DNA of 64,000 bases from a virus (lineage: Duplodnaviria > Caudoviricetes). The stretch is from positions 1 through 64,000 of the IMG/VR virus record IMGVR_UViG_3300031760_000035. One strand, 5' to 3'. The position numbers were made by a program, and so were the translations under genes. Positions 36,335 through 44,979 of the stretch are shown one piece after another; the first letter of the stretch is position 1, and each line of letters starts with the position of its first letter. The notes under the pieces are model-generated. The model was not told the DNA's origin. It saw nothing but the letters and a program-made list of their open reading frames with translations, and did not search any database.

Positions 36335-36732
36335 CAGTACCCCGCCTGCGGATTGGAGTACTCGCGCTGCAACTGGGAGTCAACGAGCTTGACTTGCAGC
36401 TTCGTGCTCATGATGGCCTCCAACGCGGCGCGCGTCATAGTCTCTGACACAAGCATCTTCTCGCGTGCCTCCGCCACTGGCGCGACTCCCTTGATGATCT
36501 GGGAGATGACCGTCGCTGGCATGCCCTGGTCTTTCAGCTCCAGGGTCTTAGCTGCCTTCGCGGTGTAGTATTCGCGGTCGCGCCTCGCATGCTCCGTGCC
36601 AAGCTCGCGGTACTCGTCTATGAACCTGTCGAGACGCGACCTAAGCTCGCGCTCTTCGAGGTAGAGGTCGTACTGTGGCGGCACGTCGCCGTCATAAGCC
36701 TCCGCTGGGAGGTAATCGTCGTACTGGTCCAT
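36334..36732 (-). CDS. Coiled-coil hypothetical protein
   Basis: TGATG coupling; helical composition. Confidence 0.7.
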   Translation of the reverse strand: MDQYDDYLPAEAYDGDVPPQYDLYLEERELRSRLDRFIDEYRELGTEHARRDREYYTAKAAKTLELKDQGMPATVISQIIKGVAPVAEAREKMLVSETMTRAALEAIMSTKLQVKLVDSQLQREYSNPQAGY

Positions 36733-36748
36733 GGGCTGTCACCTCGCC

Positions 36749-37231
36749 CTATCCAGCAAGCTCAAGCGTCTGCTGCGTCCCGACCGTCTCCTCGATGGCC
36801 GCGAACACGTCGGACAGCTCGTTGAGCGCACGGTACTTTCGGACGAACGCCATAAGCTCGCGCTTCGCGCTGTCGAGCAACGCATCCCTGCTGTCGCTGC
36901 TCCTGAGCACCACGCCTATCGACCTGAACTCGCGGCTGTTATCCGACGCGACGGGAACGAAGGCGCGAACGGGTTCACTGCTTCTCCCGACGCTCACCTC
37001 TATCGAGCGGATGATGTACGACGCCTGCCGCTCTCGGTACTTCTCTGCGGCAACGCTGTCATCCCACTCGAAGCACCCGTGCAGCGGCGCATCGTCCGGC
37101 CTGCTTGCGTTCACCAGGTTCGCTGGCGTCAATCCCCCGCTGGACTCAAGGCGCTCGCACTCCTCGCCAGCGACCTGCGCGCTCACTGGGAGACGCGCGC
37201 CCGACTTGACCTTGTATATCACAACCACCAC
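36749..37231 (-). CDS. Partner protein downstream of the pentamer array
   Basis: GGAGG RBS; LTPANLVNASRPDDAPLHGCFEWDDSVAAEKYRERQA motif. Confidence 0.75.
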   Translation of the reverse strand: MVVVIYKVKSGARLPVSAQVAGEECERLESSGGLTPANLVNASRPDDAPLHGCFEWDDSVAAEKYRERQASYIIRSIEVSVGRSSEPVRAFVPVASDNSREFRSIGVVLRSSDSRDALLDSAKRELMAFVRKYRALNELSDVFAAIEETVGTQQTLELAG

Positions 37232-37235
37232 CTCC

Positions 37236-37271
37236 GAAAAGAATCGTGGGGCCGACGAGCGCCGACCCCAC
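37236..37271 (-). terminator. Intrinsic terminator closing the pentamer array
   Basis: GTGGGGTCGGC-GCTC-GTCGGCCCCAC stem followed by GATTCTTTT. Confidence 0.75.
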
Positions 37272-37278
37272 CGACAAA

Positions 37279-37789
37279 GTGCCGCACGGTGACTTGCCTA
37301 GCCCCACAACGACTTGCGAGAACGTGCCTAGACTCGCCTGCCACGCCGTGCCAAATCACGCCATACACTAGCTCGCCCAAACCAGCCGTGCCTGCCAAAC
37401 CTTGCCTTGCCTTGCCACGCCCAACATCACCAAGCCTGAACTCGCCAAGCCTGCCGTGCCTCGCCTCACCAAACCGCGCGTCGCCGCGCCGTGCCAAGCC
37501 CCACCTAACCTGCCATGCCTCACCTAGCCAGAACTCGCCAAAACTAGCCAATCCCCGACTCGCCACGCCTGCCTTGACTCGACGTGCCGTGACACGCCTA
37601 GACGTACCTGACCTATCCTCGCCTGCCGCACCAAGCCATACCACGTCCTGCCTAGCCGAGCCTAACCGCAACGAACCGCACCCTACCTGCCATGCCTCGC
37701 CTGACCTCGCCTTGCAGTACCGTGACAAGCCACACCTGCCAAGCCTCGCCTGGCCAGAACCCGCCTTGACACGCCATTCCTTGCCTGCC
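37279..37789 (-). repeat. Phased (GGY-NN)95 pentamer array, nine units punctuated by GGCA; putative guide-RNA array
   Basis: 95 x 5 + 9 x 4 = 511 nt exactly; 65 of 95 triplets are GGC/GGT and the other 30 differ by one base; NN is variable. Confidence 0.9.
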
Positions 37790-37806
37790 ACGTATGAATC
37801 GTTTGT

Positions 37807-38496
37807 CTAGCTGATCTTCAACTCAAACATGCCGTTCTGACCGTCCTTCTCGGGACGCCACTCTCCGATTCCGCAGCAGAAGCCGCCGAACCCGACCATG
37901 TTGAGAATCTGTTCGAGCGAGTACTTTCCGTCCTTGTTGTACTTGAGACGCAGGGGAATCTCCCACTCCTTGAACTCGCCACGATAGCGGATGTCTGCCG
38001 ACTTGCTCATTCCGCCGACGCGAACCATGTCCTCACGCATCTCTGGCACAGAGCCGACGATCTCCGCCATATCAACGGTTGATGCGTCCGTGCCGCCCTC
38101 AAGGAAGAACGTGCCGCGAAGCTCAGTCTGCTTGACATCCAGTCCGGCTCGATATGCACCAGAGATGATTGCCTGTTTGATGCCATTTACCGGAAATCCG
38201 AACTTTGCGCCAGCAGCGACGCAGTTGTTGAACGCGGCTTCCGCCTCCTCGTCACTGTTCCCGTCAAGCGGCTTGAGCGTGAGCCAGTACAGGCTGTTGA
38301 TGAAGTCGTTGTATGGAATCTTTATGTCGTGCTTCGCGCCGACCTTCTTTCCGCGCTGCTTGTCCAGCATCATCTGCTTTGCCTTGTCGCTCCAAGCGTG
38401 GACGATGAGCGGTGTCGTGCCGACGATGGCGATGTCCACTGTCTCGATGTTGATGGGCTTGATTTCAATGGTCTTGACGCTCTTTGCAGTTGCCAT
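37807..38496 (-). CDS. RAMP/Cas7-like protein (putative RNA-guided effector)
   Basis: beta1 DIAIVGTTPLIVH, helix FPVNGIKQAIISGA, C-terminal Gly loop GFGGFCCGIGEWRPEKDGQNGMFEL; AAAGGAG RBS. Confidence 0.7.
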   Translation of the reverse strand: MATAKSVKTIEIKPINIETVDIAIVGTTPLIVHAWSDKAKQMMLDKQRGKKVGAKHDIKIPYNDFINSLYWLTLKPLDGNSDEEAEAAFNNCVAAGAKFGFPVNGIKQAIISGAYRAGLDVKQTELRGTFFLEGGTDASTVDMAEIVGSVPEMREDMVRVGGMSKSADIRYRGEFKEWEIPLRLKYNKDGKYSLEQILNMVGFGGFCCGIGEWRPEKDGQNGMFELKIS

Positions 38497-38518
38497 GATG
38501 TATAATCTCCTTTGGTGA

Positions 38519-38556
38519 GGAAGCGGCTCGGGCGTGGTGACCCAAGCCGCTTTGCT
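38519..38556. promoter_or_regulatory. Hairpin upstream of the RAMP-like gene
   Basis: AAGCGGCT-CGGG...CCCA-AGCCGCTT stem. Confidence 0.5.
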
Positions 38557-38557
38557 T

Positions 38558-39274
38558 TTACTCTGCGCCCTTCGGACGCCATTCCTTCATCTGGTACAGC
38601 GACCAGTCAACCTGGTCCAATGCGCTCTGCTGCTGCGGTGCCTCGTTGAGGTAGGACTCGAAGTGCGACGGCCTGAAAAGCGTCTCTGGCCGAAGGTACT
38701 TCTCCTGCTCGGTTCCGAGCCACTGGGAAACCTTCACGTCTATGACGTGCTTGAAGTCATCGAGCGTGTAGCCGTCAAGGAACCTCGCACGAATCATCCT
38801 GCGCGTGGCCTCCGTGCCTACTCTGTAGTGCTTGCCGGACTTCTCGTTTAGGTAGGCGATCACATCCCCGTAGGGCACATCCGCATCGTCGGGCTTGCCC
38901 GACAAAGTAGTTCTTTCTTTACTAGCAACCTTATCTAGTATTCTTTCTTGCTGATTTGAGGAGTCTGCTTCGTCATTCTGGCAAGTCTGCCTTGCCGATT
39001 TAGCAAGGCAGCTATGCAACGTCCTTGTTCTGCCGTCGAACGACGCAATGCTGATGTAGCCGAGACTCTTTAGCTTGGTTATCGACCTTGACACCGTGGA
39101 CTCGCCACACTGGCAGAAGTCTGCGAGGTACTTGTTACTTGCGTAGCAACCCCTCTCGCCGTCAAGGCTGTCAATCTCTAGTAGAATCATCTTCTCTATC
39201 GCATTGAGCCGCATGTCAAGCCAGACGCTTGCTGGAAACCAGACGCCCTTGAACTCGCGTTTGTCTTTTCCCAT
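38558..39274 (-). CDS. Phage replication initiator (N-terminal wHTH plus conserved phage C-terminus)
   Basis: CYASNKYLADFCQCGESTVSRSITKLKSLGYI; YLRPETLF...FESYLN; AT-rich central segment (possible origin). Confidence 0.85.
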   Translation of the reverse strand: MGKDKREFKGVWFPASVWLDMRLNAIEKMILLEIDSLDGERGCYASNKYLADFCQCGESTVSRSITKLKSLGYISIASFDGRTRTLHSCLAKSARQTCQNDEADSSNQQERILDKVASKERTTLSGKPDDADVPYGDVIAYLNEKSGKHYRVGTEATRRMIRARFLDGYTLDDFKHVIDVKVSQWLGTEQEKYLRPETLFRPSHFESYLNEAPQQQSALDQVDWSLYQMKEWRPKGAE

Positions 39275-39729
39275 CACGCATCGCCGCGCACGATGCAATC
39301 GATAATCGGTTGTACATCACTTGCATCGACGTACACGATGCCGTTCATCGTCCTTGTCTCTATGCCGAGCAAACGAATCGCGTTCTTGACGTTGCGTAGG
39401 GTGATGTACGGGAACCCTCGCGATGTGTCAATGACTTCGCTGAGCGCCCTCTTGACCCTGGGGAGCGACACGCTCTCGACGTTGTTCGGCTGCTTGTTGT
39501 ACATCGGCATGTACTTCCAGATGTACTTATTCTCAAGCATGTCGAGATCGTCTACTGAACACGGCATGGCGTAAGCCTCGTCATGCTCCTTGTCGGTATG
39601 GCTCGCAATACGCGACACGCCAACCCTTGTTTGGCCCACATATACGACCTCGCCGTGATTGAGAAGGAAGTAGATGAGACACCTGTTGCGCTCATCTACT
39701 TTAATGCAGTCACTCTCCTCGAACTTCAC
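39274..39729 (-). CDS. GIY-YIG-like nuclease domain protein
   Basis: LIYFLLNHGEVVYVGQT...R...H; ENKYIWKYMPMYN. Confidence 0.7.
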   Translation of the reverse strand: MKFEESDCIKVDERNRCLIYFLLNHGEVVYVGQTRVGVSRIASHTDKEHDEAYAMPCSVDDLDMLENKYIWKYMPMYNKQPNNVESVSLPRVKRALSEVIDTSRGFPYITLRNVKNAIRLLGIETRTMNGIVYVDASDVQPIIDCIVRGDA

Positions 39730-39980
39730 CCCACCACCTCGCCGTTCTCGTCAACCCAAGCGACGTAGCCATCGGATGCCTCGACGGGAAGCGGCGGCTG
39801 CACAAGCTCGATCCGAATGATGACAGGCTCGCCGAAGTACGTGCGAAGCTCGTCAACGGAAAGGCCGTCTCCACCGAGGACGTTGATGACCACCTTCTCG
39901 GCTGAAACCTTGGCATCCTTCATGACGGCCTTGAACTCCATCGCGGCCATGGCTAGTTCTCCTTGGCCTTCGCGAGCCAC
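39726..39980 (-). CDS. Hypothetical protein
   Basis: Coupled ORF; start uncertain. Confidence 0.55.
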   Translation of the reverse strand: MAREGQGELAMAAMEFKAVMKDAKVSAEKVVINVLGGDGLSVDELRTYFGEPVIIRIELVQPPLPVEASDGYVAWVDENGEVVG

Positions 39981-40864
39981 TTCCTAGCCTGCTCGACGGC
40001 GACCGCAAGCTGCTCCCGCGTCATGTCGTTGCCCATCACGAAGCCCGTGTCCGCGACCGCCTTGGACTTGAGGACGGCAAGCGCGACCTCGCCATCGTCC
40101 TTGTCGCGAACGAGAGCCAGTTCGCGCACCGTCTCGTTGAAGATGGATTGCAGGTCGCTGGTGTCGCTTTCGACCTCGTATTCGGCTTCCTGTGGCTCCA
40201 CAGGGGCATCCGCGTCAACGCTGCCGTGAACCTCAACAACGTCGGCGTGAACCTCGGTCACGTCGGGCGCGACGCCCATCTCCTCTGCGACGTACATGCC
40301 GTGGAAGTCGGACGGGAACGCGAGACGCAGGGCGGTGGCCTTCGCGCACTTCGAGATCATCACTCCTGGCATCGACTTCCAGAGGCTCTGGTTCTTGTTG
40401 TACTCGTCAAGCGTGACCTCGGCGTACGAGTCGATGCGGCCCTTGCGGTGGACTCGCGCCCATCCACCGACAAGAACCTCGTTAGCGGCCTTGTACGTCG
40501 CGGTGCCCTCGCGCTTCTGGATGCTGCCGCTCGCGTCGAGGTACACGACGCCATGCTCCATGCCGAGGTAGTCGGGATGCGCGTTGGCTCGGCGCTCGAA
40601 CACTATCTCTGCGGTGATCATCTGCGCGGGGCTGTTGCCGAACTTCACCAGGTACGCCTCGCGGATGAACGGGTTGAGTCGCTGCGCACGGCACAGCTCC
40701 ATGAAGAACGTGACCTCCTGCGGGGTGGCCTTGTCGCAGATGAACTGCAACACGTCCTGCTGGGAAATCTGGATGCTGTTGCCAGCATCGTCCTTGAACT
40801 GGATGGTCTGGTTCTGCGCCGGTGCGAGCACGATGCCCGTGGGCGCGTTCTGGAAGTTGCTCAT
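39953..40864 (-). CDS. recT: RecT/Bet-family single-strand annealing protein
   Basis: FMELCRAQRLNPFIREAYLVK; WKSMPGVMISKCAKATALRLAFP. Confidence 0.85.
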   Translation of the reverse strand: MSNFQNAPTGIVLAPAQNQTIQFKDDAGNSIQISQQDVLQFICDKATPQEVTFFMELCRAQRLNPFIREAYLVKFGNSPAQMITAEIVFERRANAHPDYLGMEHGVVYLDASGSIQKREGTATYKAANEVLVGGWARVHRKGRIDSYAEVTLDEYNKNQSLWKSMPGVMISKCAKATALRLAFPSDFHGMYVAEEMGVAPDVTEVHADVVEVHGSVDADAPVEPQEAEYEVESDTSDLQSIFNETVRELALVRDKDDGEVALAVLKSKAVADTGFVMGNDMTREQLAVAVEQARKWLAKAKEN

Positions 40865-41058
40865 TTCCTTGTGGCCCTCCTCTCGGTGGCACGCTCCTTC
40901 TCGCGCGCCCACCTTCTCACGATGATGTCGTGCGCCAGCCCCTTCCTGAGTCCCATGGCCCAGTCGATCTGGCTTGGTGCGAACGGCACAACCGGGTTGT
41001 CGAAGTATGACATGACCTCATCGGCCATGGTCATGTCCGCCGCTGACTCCTTCGCCAT
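40861..41058 (-). CDS. Hypothetical protein
   Basis: Coupled ORF. Confidence 0.5.
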   Translation of the reverse strand: MAKESAADMTMADEVMSYFDNPVVPFAPSQIDWAMGLRKGLAHDIIVRRWAREKERATERRATRK

Positions 41059-42056
41059 CACTTGACCGCCGATATGCGCAGACCGCCATCGCGCAGGTAT
41101 GCCGTCATGTACTGCTCGGCAAGCTCTGGGTGCTCCTCGCAGAATCGCTTCTGGTCGAACCTGCTCACCGTTGACTTGACCCACGTTACGCGGTAGACGT
41201 CGGACACGACGCCCTTGTTGCTGCCCGCTGCGGCCCGTATGTCATTGGCTATGCGCTTGGCCTGCTCCGCATACTTCTTCTCGCAGGACTTGGCCTCTTG
41301 GTATTTGTCTACCAGCGTGTCGAAGTGGTCGTTGTTCTCGGGCGCGACGTACTCGGTGGCACCAATGCCGTACATGTCGAGCAGCGCCTTGGACTCGCTC
41401 GAAAGGCCCACGAGCTGCGGCATGACATCCTTCTCGACGTACTCGCGCCAGAAGTTGTCAACAGCCTGAGCCACTGCGGAAACGTCGCCATCGTCCCAAT
41501 CGATGCGGTACTCTACGTAGTGCTGACCGCCGATGAGCGCAGCGACGTACGCGAAGCGCCAGCCAGTGACGGACATGTAGTGCGTGACCTGCGTGAGGTA
41601 GTAGTCGGGGACGCCGTGCTTCCAATCGTCCTCGCGGTTCTTCCCCACGGTCTTAATCTCAAGGATGCCCCACTCGCCATCCTTCGTGCGGATTCGACCG
41701 TCTAGGTTGGCGTGTGCCCACGGGCGCTCCCTGCTGACGAGCGAAGCCTTGAACTCGCTCACGAAGAACTCCGGGTGCTCCTCCCGGAACTTCACTCGAA
41801 TGATGTCCTCAAGGCGGTTGCCCCACTCGACCGACTCCTTGCCGGAGAGATCGTCGGAATCCTTGCGCCCGGTCTTCTCCATCCACACCTCAAGGGGCGA
41901 GCGGTAGCTGCTGATGCCCATGATTGCGGCAACGTCGGAACCGCCGACGCCGCTCTTGCGGAAGTCCAGCCACTCCTCCTCGCTGTCCATCACGTAGGCA
42001 TCGAATGGGCGGTCCTTGTCTGGCACGTGCGTGGCCCTGCCGTTCAGCTTGTACAT
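41058..42056 (-). CDS. YqaJ-like phage exonuclease
   Basis: WLDFRKSGVGGSDVAAIMG, WGNRLE, ANLDG, ILEIKT, YYLTQVTHYM. Confidence 0.9.
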   Translation of the reverse strand: MYKLNGRATHVPDKDRPFDAYVMDSEEEWLDFRKSGVGGSDVAAIMGISSYRSPLEVWMEKTGRKDSDDLSGKESVEWGNRLEDIIRVKFREEHPEFFVSEFKASLVSRERPWAHANLDGRIRTKDGEWGILEIKTVGKNREDDWKHGVPDYYLTQVTHYMSVTGWRFAYVAALIGGQHYVEYRIDWDDGDVSAVAQAVDNFWREYVEKDVMPQLVGLSSESKALLDMYGIGATEYVAPENNDHFDTLVDKYQEAKSCEKKYAEQAKRIANDIRAAAGSNKGVVSDVYRVTWVKSTVSRFDQKRFCEEHPELAEQYMTAYLRDGGLRISAVK

Positions 42057-42064
42057 GCGACCAC

Positions 42065-42676
42065 CTACTTGCCGAAGATGTTGCGGATGACGCTGCGGCC
42101 AAGGTCATCGTTTCCGACGATAGGCTCGCTGCCGCCGAACTCAGGCTTGTCGCTGTAGTCAGCGCAGTCAGAGTCTCGATACTCGCGCTCGTCGCAGTCG
42201 GCCACGGCATCCATGACGCCATCAAGCTCTAGGGCGTCTGCCGTGACGTTGAGCATGTCGGCGATGATGCGGCAGTCGTTCGCGTCGCCGAGGAAGTTTG
42301 CGAGGAAGCTGATTACAGGCTCCCACGTGTCGATGCGCTCTCGGTTGTTGCTGGACTTGCGGAGCGCGCATGCCATGATGCCGAAGACTGGATCGAACGT
42401 GTCGCCGCCATGTGCCTTGGAAACGACCTTTGAGCCGTCGTTGAAGAAGACGATTGTGGCAGGGCCGTTGAGGATGACCTTCTCGGGAGCGGGCGCGGCA
42501 TCAACAAGACCACGACGGCCCGCCCATGCGAACAGGGCATCGAAGAAGTCCTTGTCGGCGACGCCGACAGCCTCGGCCATGAACGTGGTCTTCACGCGCG
42601 CGCCAGCATCAAAGCAGCGGTTCATCGTTATGCTCTCGATGGGAGCGGGCAGCTCGCTGCATACGGTAACTTTCAT
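42065..42676 (-). CDS. Hypothetical protein
   Basis: NGPATIVFFNDGSKVVSK phage motif. Confidence 0.65.
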   Translation of the reverse strand: MKVTVCSELPAPIESITMNRCFDAGARVKTTFMAEAVGVADKDFFDALFAWAGRRGLVDAAPAPEKVILNGPATIVFFNDGSKVVSKAHGGDTFDPVFGIMACALRKSSNNRERIDTWEPVISFLANFLGDANDCRIIADMLNVTADALELDGVMDAVADCDEREYRDSDCADYSDKPEFGGSEPIVGNDDLGRSVIRNIFGK

Positions 42677-43179
42677 TAGGCTCTCCCTCCCCATGCTGGC
42701 TGTCCCCAGCAGAGGTTCATGAACGCGAACAGCGTCAGTCGCAGCCAGTCGTACTCGCCGTCCCTCAGAAGGGCATCGACTCGCTTGACCACGCTCTCCG
42801 ACACGTCCTCGTTCTCTATCAGCTTGTCTACGCCATGCAGCTTCATGAAGGTTGACTTCTGCATCCAGACCTCCATGCGCTGAATCGAGCGCCCTGGAAG
42901 GTTCACGAACAGAAGCCCGCCGTCCTGCATGGCGTTCTCGTTCTCTATGACGGTCTGGGCCTTGAAGTTCTCAAGCATGCCCTCGCTCGGGTAGCTCTTG
43001 CAGTGCTTCGACTCGCCAGTGAGCAGGAGGTCATCGACCTCTATGAGCAGGTCGCCATGGTCATTGCTGCCATGCTGAACGACGCGCTCGCAGACCTTCC
43101 TTCCGGCCCAGTCGTTGAGCACGTCGCGGATCGCGGACTCTTGGCGCGTGCCTATGGCTTTAGGCTTCGTCTTTCCCAT
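42676..43179 (-). CDS. PD-(D/E)xK Holliday junction resolvase-like protein
   Basis: KAIGTRQE...DHGDL...GESK. Confidence 0.7.
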   Translation of the reverse strand: MGKTKPKAIGTRQESAIRDVLNDWAGRKVCERVVQHGSNDHGDLLIEVDDLLLTGESKHCKSYPSEGMLENFKAQTVIENENAMQDGGLLFVNLPGRSIQRMEVWMQKSTFMKLHGVDKLIENEDVSESVVKRVDALLRDGEYDWLRLTLFAFMNLCWGQPAWGGRA

Positions 43180-43516
43180 CCGGCACCACCATCCGCTTCT
43201 TGCCGTACGGCCCGACCTTCGTCTTTAGGCCGAGCTGCCTTGCCTTGACGCTGATGACCTGGCGGCTCGGGTGGGTGGGCATCACGTCGGCTATGCCAGC
43301 CGCGCCCATCTCCATGTAGTTCTCCTTGAGGAACGCGATCTCCTTGTCGGTCCACGGGTGCCGCGCCCTCGGTATGCCGTTCTCGTCGGCTATGGCCTGC
43401 ACAGTGTTCGGGCTTACGTGGAACTGCCGGGCAATCTGCGACCGCGTGAGCGTGCTCCTTTTAAGAAGCTCTACGATGCGCGTCCTCGTCCCAACGGAAA
43501 GCGGAGTCCTATGCAC
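43160..43516 (-). CDS. HTH/Myb-like DNA-binding protein
   Basis: RSQIARQFHVSPNTV; WTDKEIAFLKENY. Confidence 0.7.
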   Translation of the reverse strand: MHRTPLSVGTRTRIVELLKRSTLTRSQIARQFHVSPNTVQAIADENGIPRARHPWTDKEIAFLKENYMEMGAAGIADVMPTHPSRQVISVKARQLGLKTKVGPYGKKRMVVPDGKDEA

Positions 43517-43787
43517 CGCACACCTCCTTCTCCCCTATCGCGATAACGTCGATAACGCACTCGTCGCCCTTGGTGCCGACTATGCACAGCGACGGCTCAT
43601 CGTCGGCGCAGCTCACGAATACGCTCACGTAGTCGAGCTGGTCTGTCGAACGCACGACCTCGACCAGCTCGCGCGCCATCTTGCGTATGACGCGCTCTGG
43701 CGATAGCGCCTGCCGGATTGTCGCTTTGGCGTGGTAGTTGTGGATTGCGTCGATTGCGGTCACGGGGATGCCATCGACCTTCGGCAT
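43509..43787 (-). CDS. Hypothetical protein
   Basis: GAGGTGG RBS. Confidence 0.55.
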   Translation of the reverse strand: MPKVDGIPVTAIDAIHNYHAKATIRQALSPERVIRKMARELVEVVRSTDQLDYVSVFVSCADDEPSLCIVGTKGDECVIDVIAIGEKEVCGA

Positions 43788-43795
43788 GTTCACCG

Positions 43796-43951
43796 CTACC
43801 ACCTCGCAATCTCTATGCCCTGCCCCGTCCAGTAGGCGAGGTTGCTGCTCTCGTCCTCGTAGTCGAGCGACCCGCACCATCCGAGCGCCGCAAGGTAGAG
43901 CAGCAGGATCACGAAGCCGATCAGGAACGGCTTGACTTCGACGCCAGCCAT
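43796..43951 (-). CDS. Small membrane protein
   Basis: Hydrophobic FLIGFVILLLYLAALG segment. Confidence 0.55.
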   Translation of the reverse strand: MAGVEVKPFLIGFVILLLYLAALGWCGSLDYEDESSNLAYWTGQGIEIARW

Positions 43952-44187
43952 CTCAGGTACGAGCTTTCGGGAATCCTGCGGTACCTCACGCCTCCGTTTG
44001 GGCACACGGCTGTAAGCTCGCCGTTCTGGATAGCCCTCTCTAGGGTCGATTTGCTGAAACCGCTCATCTTGACCAGCTCGGACACGAGGTAGTGCCGCTC
44101 GATTGCCGTGCCGCGAGTCCTCTCTGGGATGCGGTCTGCGCGAACGTACGTCACGCCGCATATGTCTAGCTCTGCGGGAAGTTCCAT
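43921..44187 (-). CDS. xis: Excisionase-like HTH protein
   Basis: YLVSELVKMSGFSKSTLERAIQNGEL...RRIP (HTH_17 pattern). Confidence 0.7.
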   Translation of the reverse strand: MELPAELDICGVTYVRADRIPERTRGTAIERHYLVSELVKMSGFSKSTLERAIQNGELTAVCPNGGVRYRRIPESSYLRWLASKSSRS

Positions 44188-44229
44188 TCATGTCACACCC
44201 CATTTCATTGGTTCGTTTGCGTTTGTTAA

Positions 44230-44975
44230 AATGGGGAACCGTCTCGGCCTTCGCACAGTTGAGACGGTTCTAAGAGGGGCCTCCCAGTTGGCGCTGGAAG
44301 GCCCCGTATATTTGGTGCTGTCGAAGCGCCGCGAATGACGCGACGCCTCCCCTCACGTGTACGCACCCCATCGGCCAGCGGCAGGCCATGCACCCTTCTC
44401 TTGTAGCTGCACAGCACCCGCTTACGCTTTCGCGGACCGAGTAGTATCTTGATGCGTCTATGACGATGCGCTTCCTCCACGTGGCAGAGGTCGAACGAAT
44501 CCCACGTTCGTGGCTGGCGGTATGTGCGGGCCTTGTTCCGCACGGATTAGCGTGGTTCACCCATGGGGGCGCGCATTTGCCCCACGCCAGAGCCGACTGC
44601 TCCCCAGCCTTTGCCACACTCGGTAGTGACCACCAGGCTTGCGCCCTATGCTTTTGTAAGGTACGTGCCGGGTTTCCCCAGCGGTGAATCCACTCGAATC
44701 AGGTCACGGTATGTGTGCTTAATCGAAAGGAGGGAAATGCCTGTGGCGCAACCTTCCATCCGCATTCCCGCCAGGAGTTGTAGCAGCGGTGCGGTAGCCG
44801 AGTGGACTCATCGCAAGGGAAGTGCCCCTCCCCCTCGTGACCGTGACTGACCCTCCATGCAAGCCCAGCTTCTTTTTCTCGTTGGGTGGATGTGTAAGTC
44901 GTTTCCTGCTCGGCACATCCGAAGCGTTGAAGGTACTCGTCAACCAGTCACGGTCACGAGAGGGAGGGGGCGGAG
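44230..44975. ncRNA. Candidate long structured non-coding region between cro and xis
   Basis: No convincing ORF; several perfect stems including a 16-bp 44834-44849/44945-44960 pair. Confidence 0.5.
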
Positions 44976-44979
44976 TGGG

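Noticed and set aside
37397-37451. Unit 7 NN read contiguously begins TTGACA (a -35 box)
   Set aside because: A single 6-mer, no matching -10 geometry, and other units show nothing similar; probably chance.
37279-37789. Canonical CRISPR array
   Set aside because: No 23-47-bp identical repeats with unique spacers, and no cas1/2/5/6 in the window.
37219-37791. 190-aa - strand ORF (and 359-aa + strand ORF 36731-37810) spanning the pentamer array
   Set aside because: The 5-nt period with 4-nt punctuation is not codon-phased, there is no RBS, and a terminator lies inside the frame. G-rich repeats rarely contain stops. Coding is unlikely but not formally excluded.
11000-44200. Numerous long + strand ORFs opposite the - strand operon (e.g. 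17494-18306, 32388-33092, 40148-41065)
   Set aside because: Shadow ORFs typical of high-GC DNA, with no RBS or motifs, antisense to well-supported genes.
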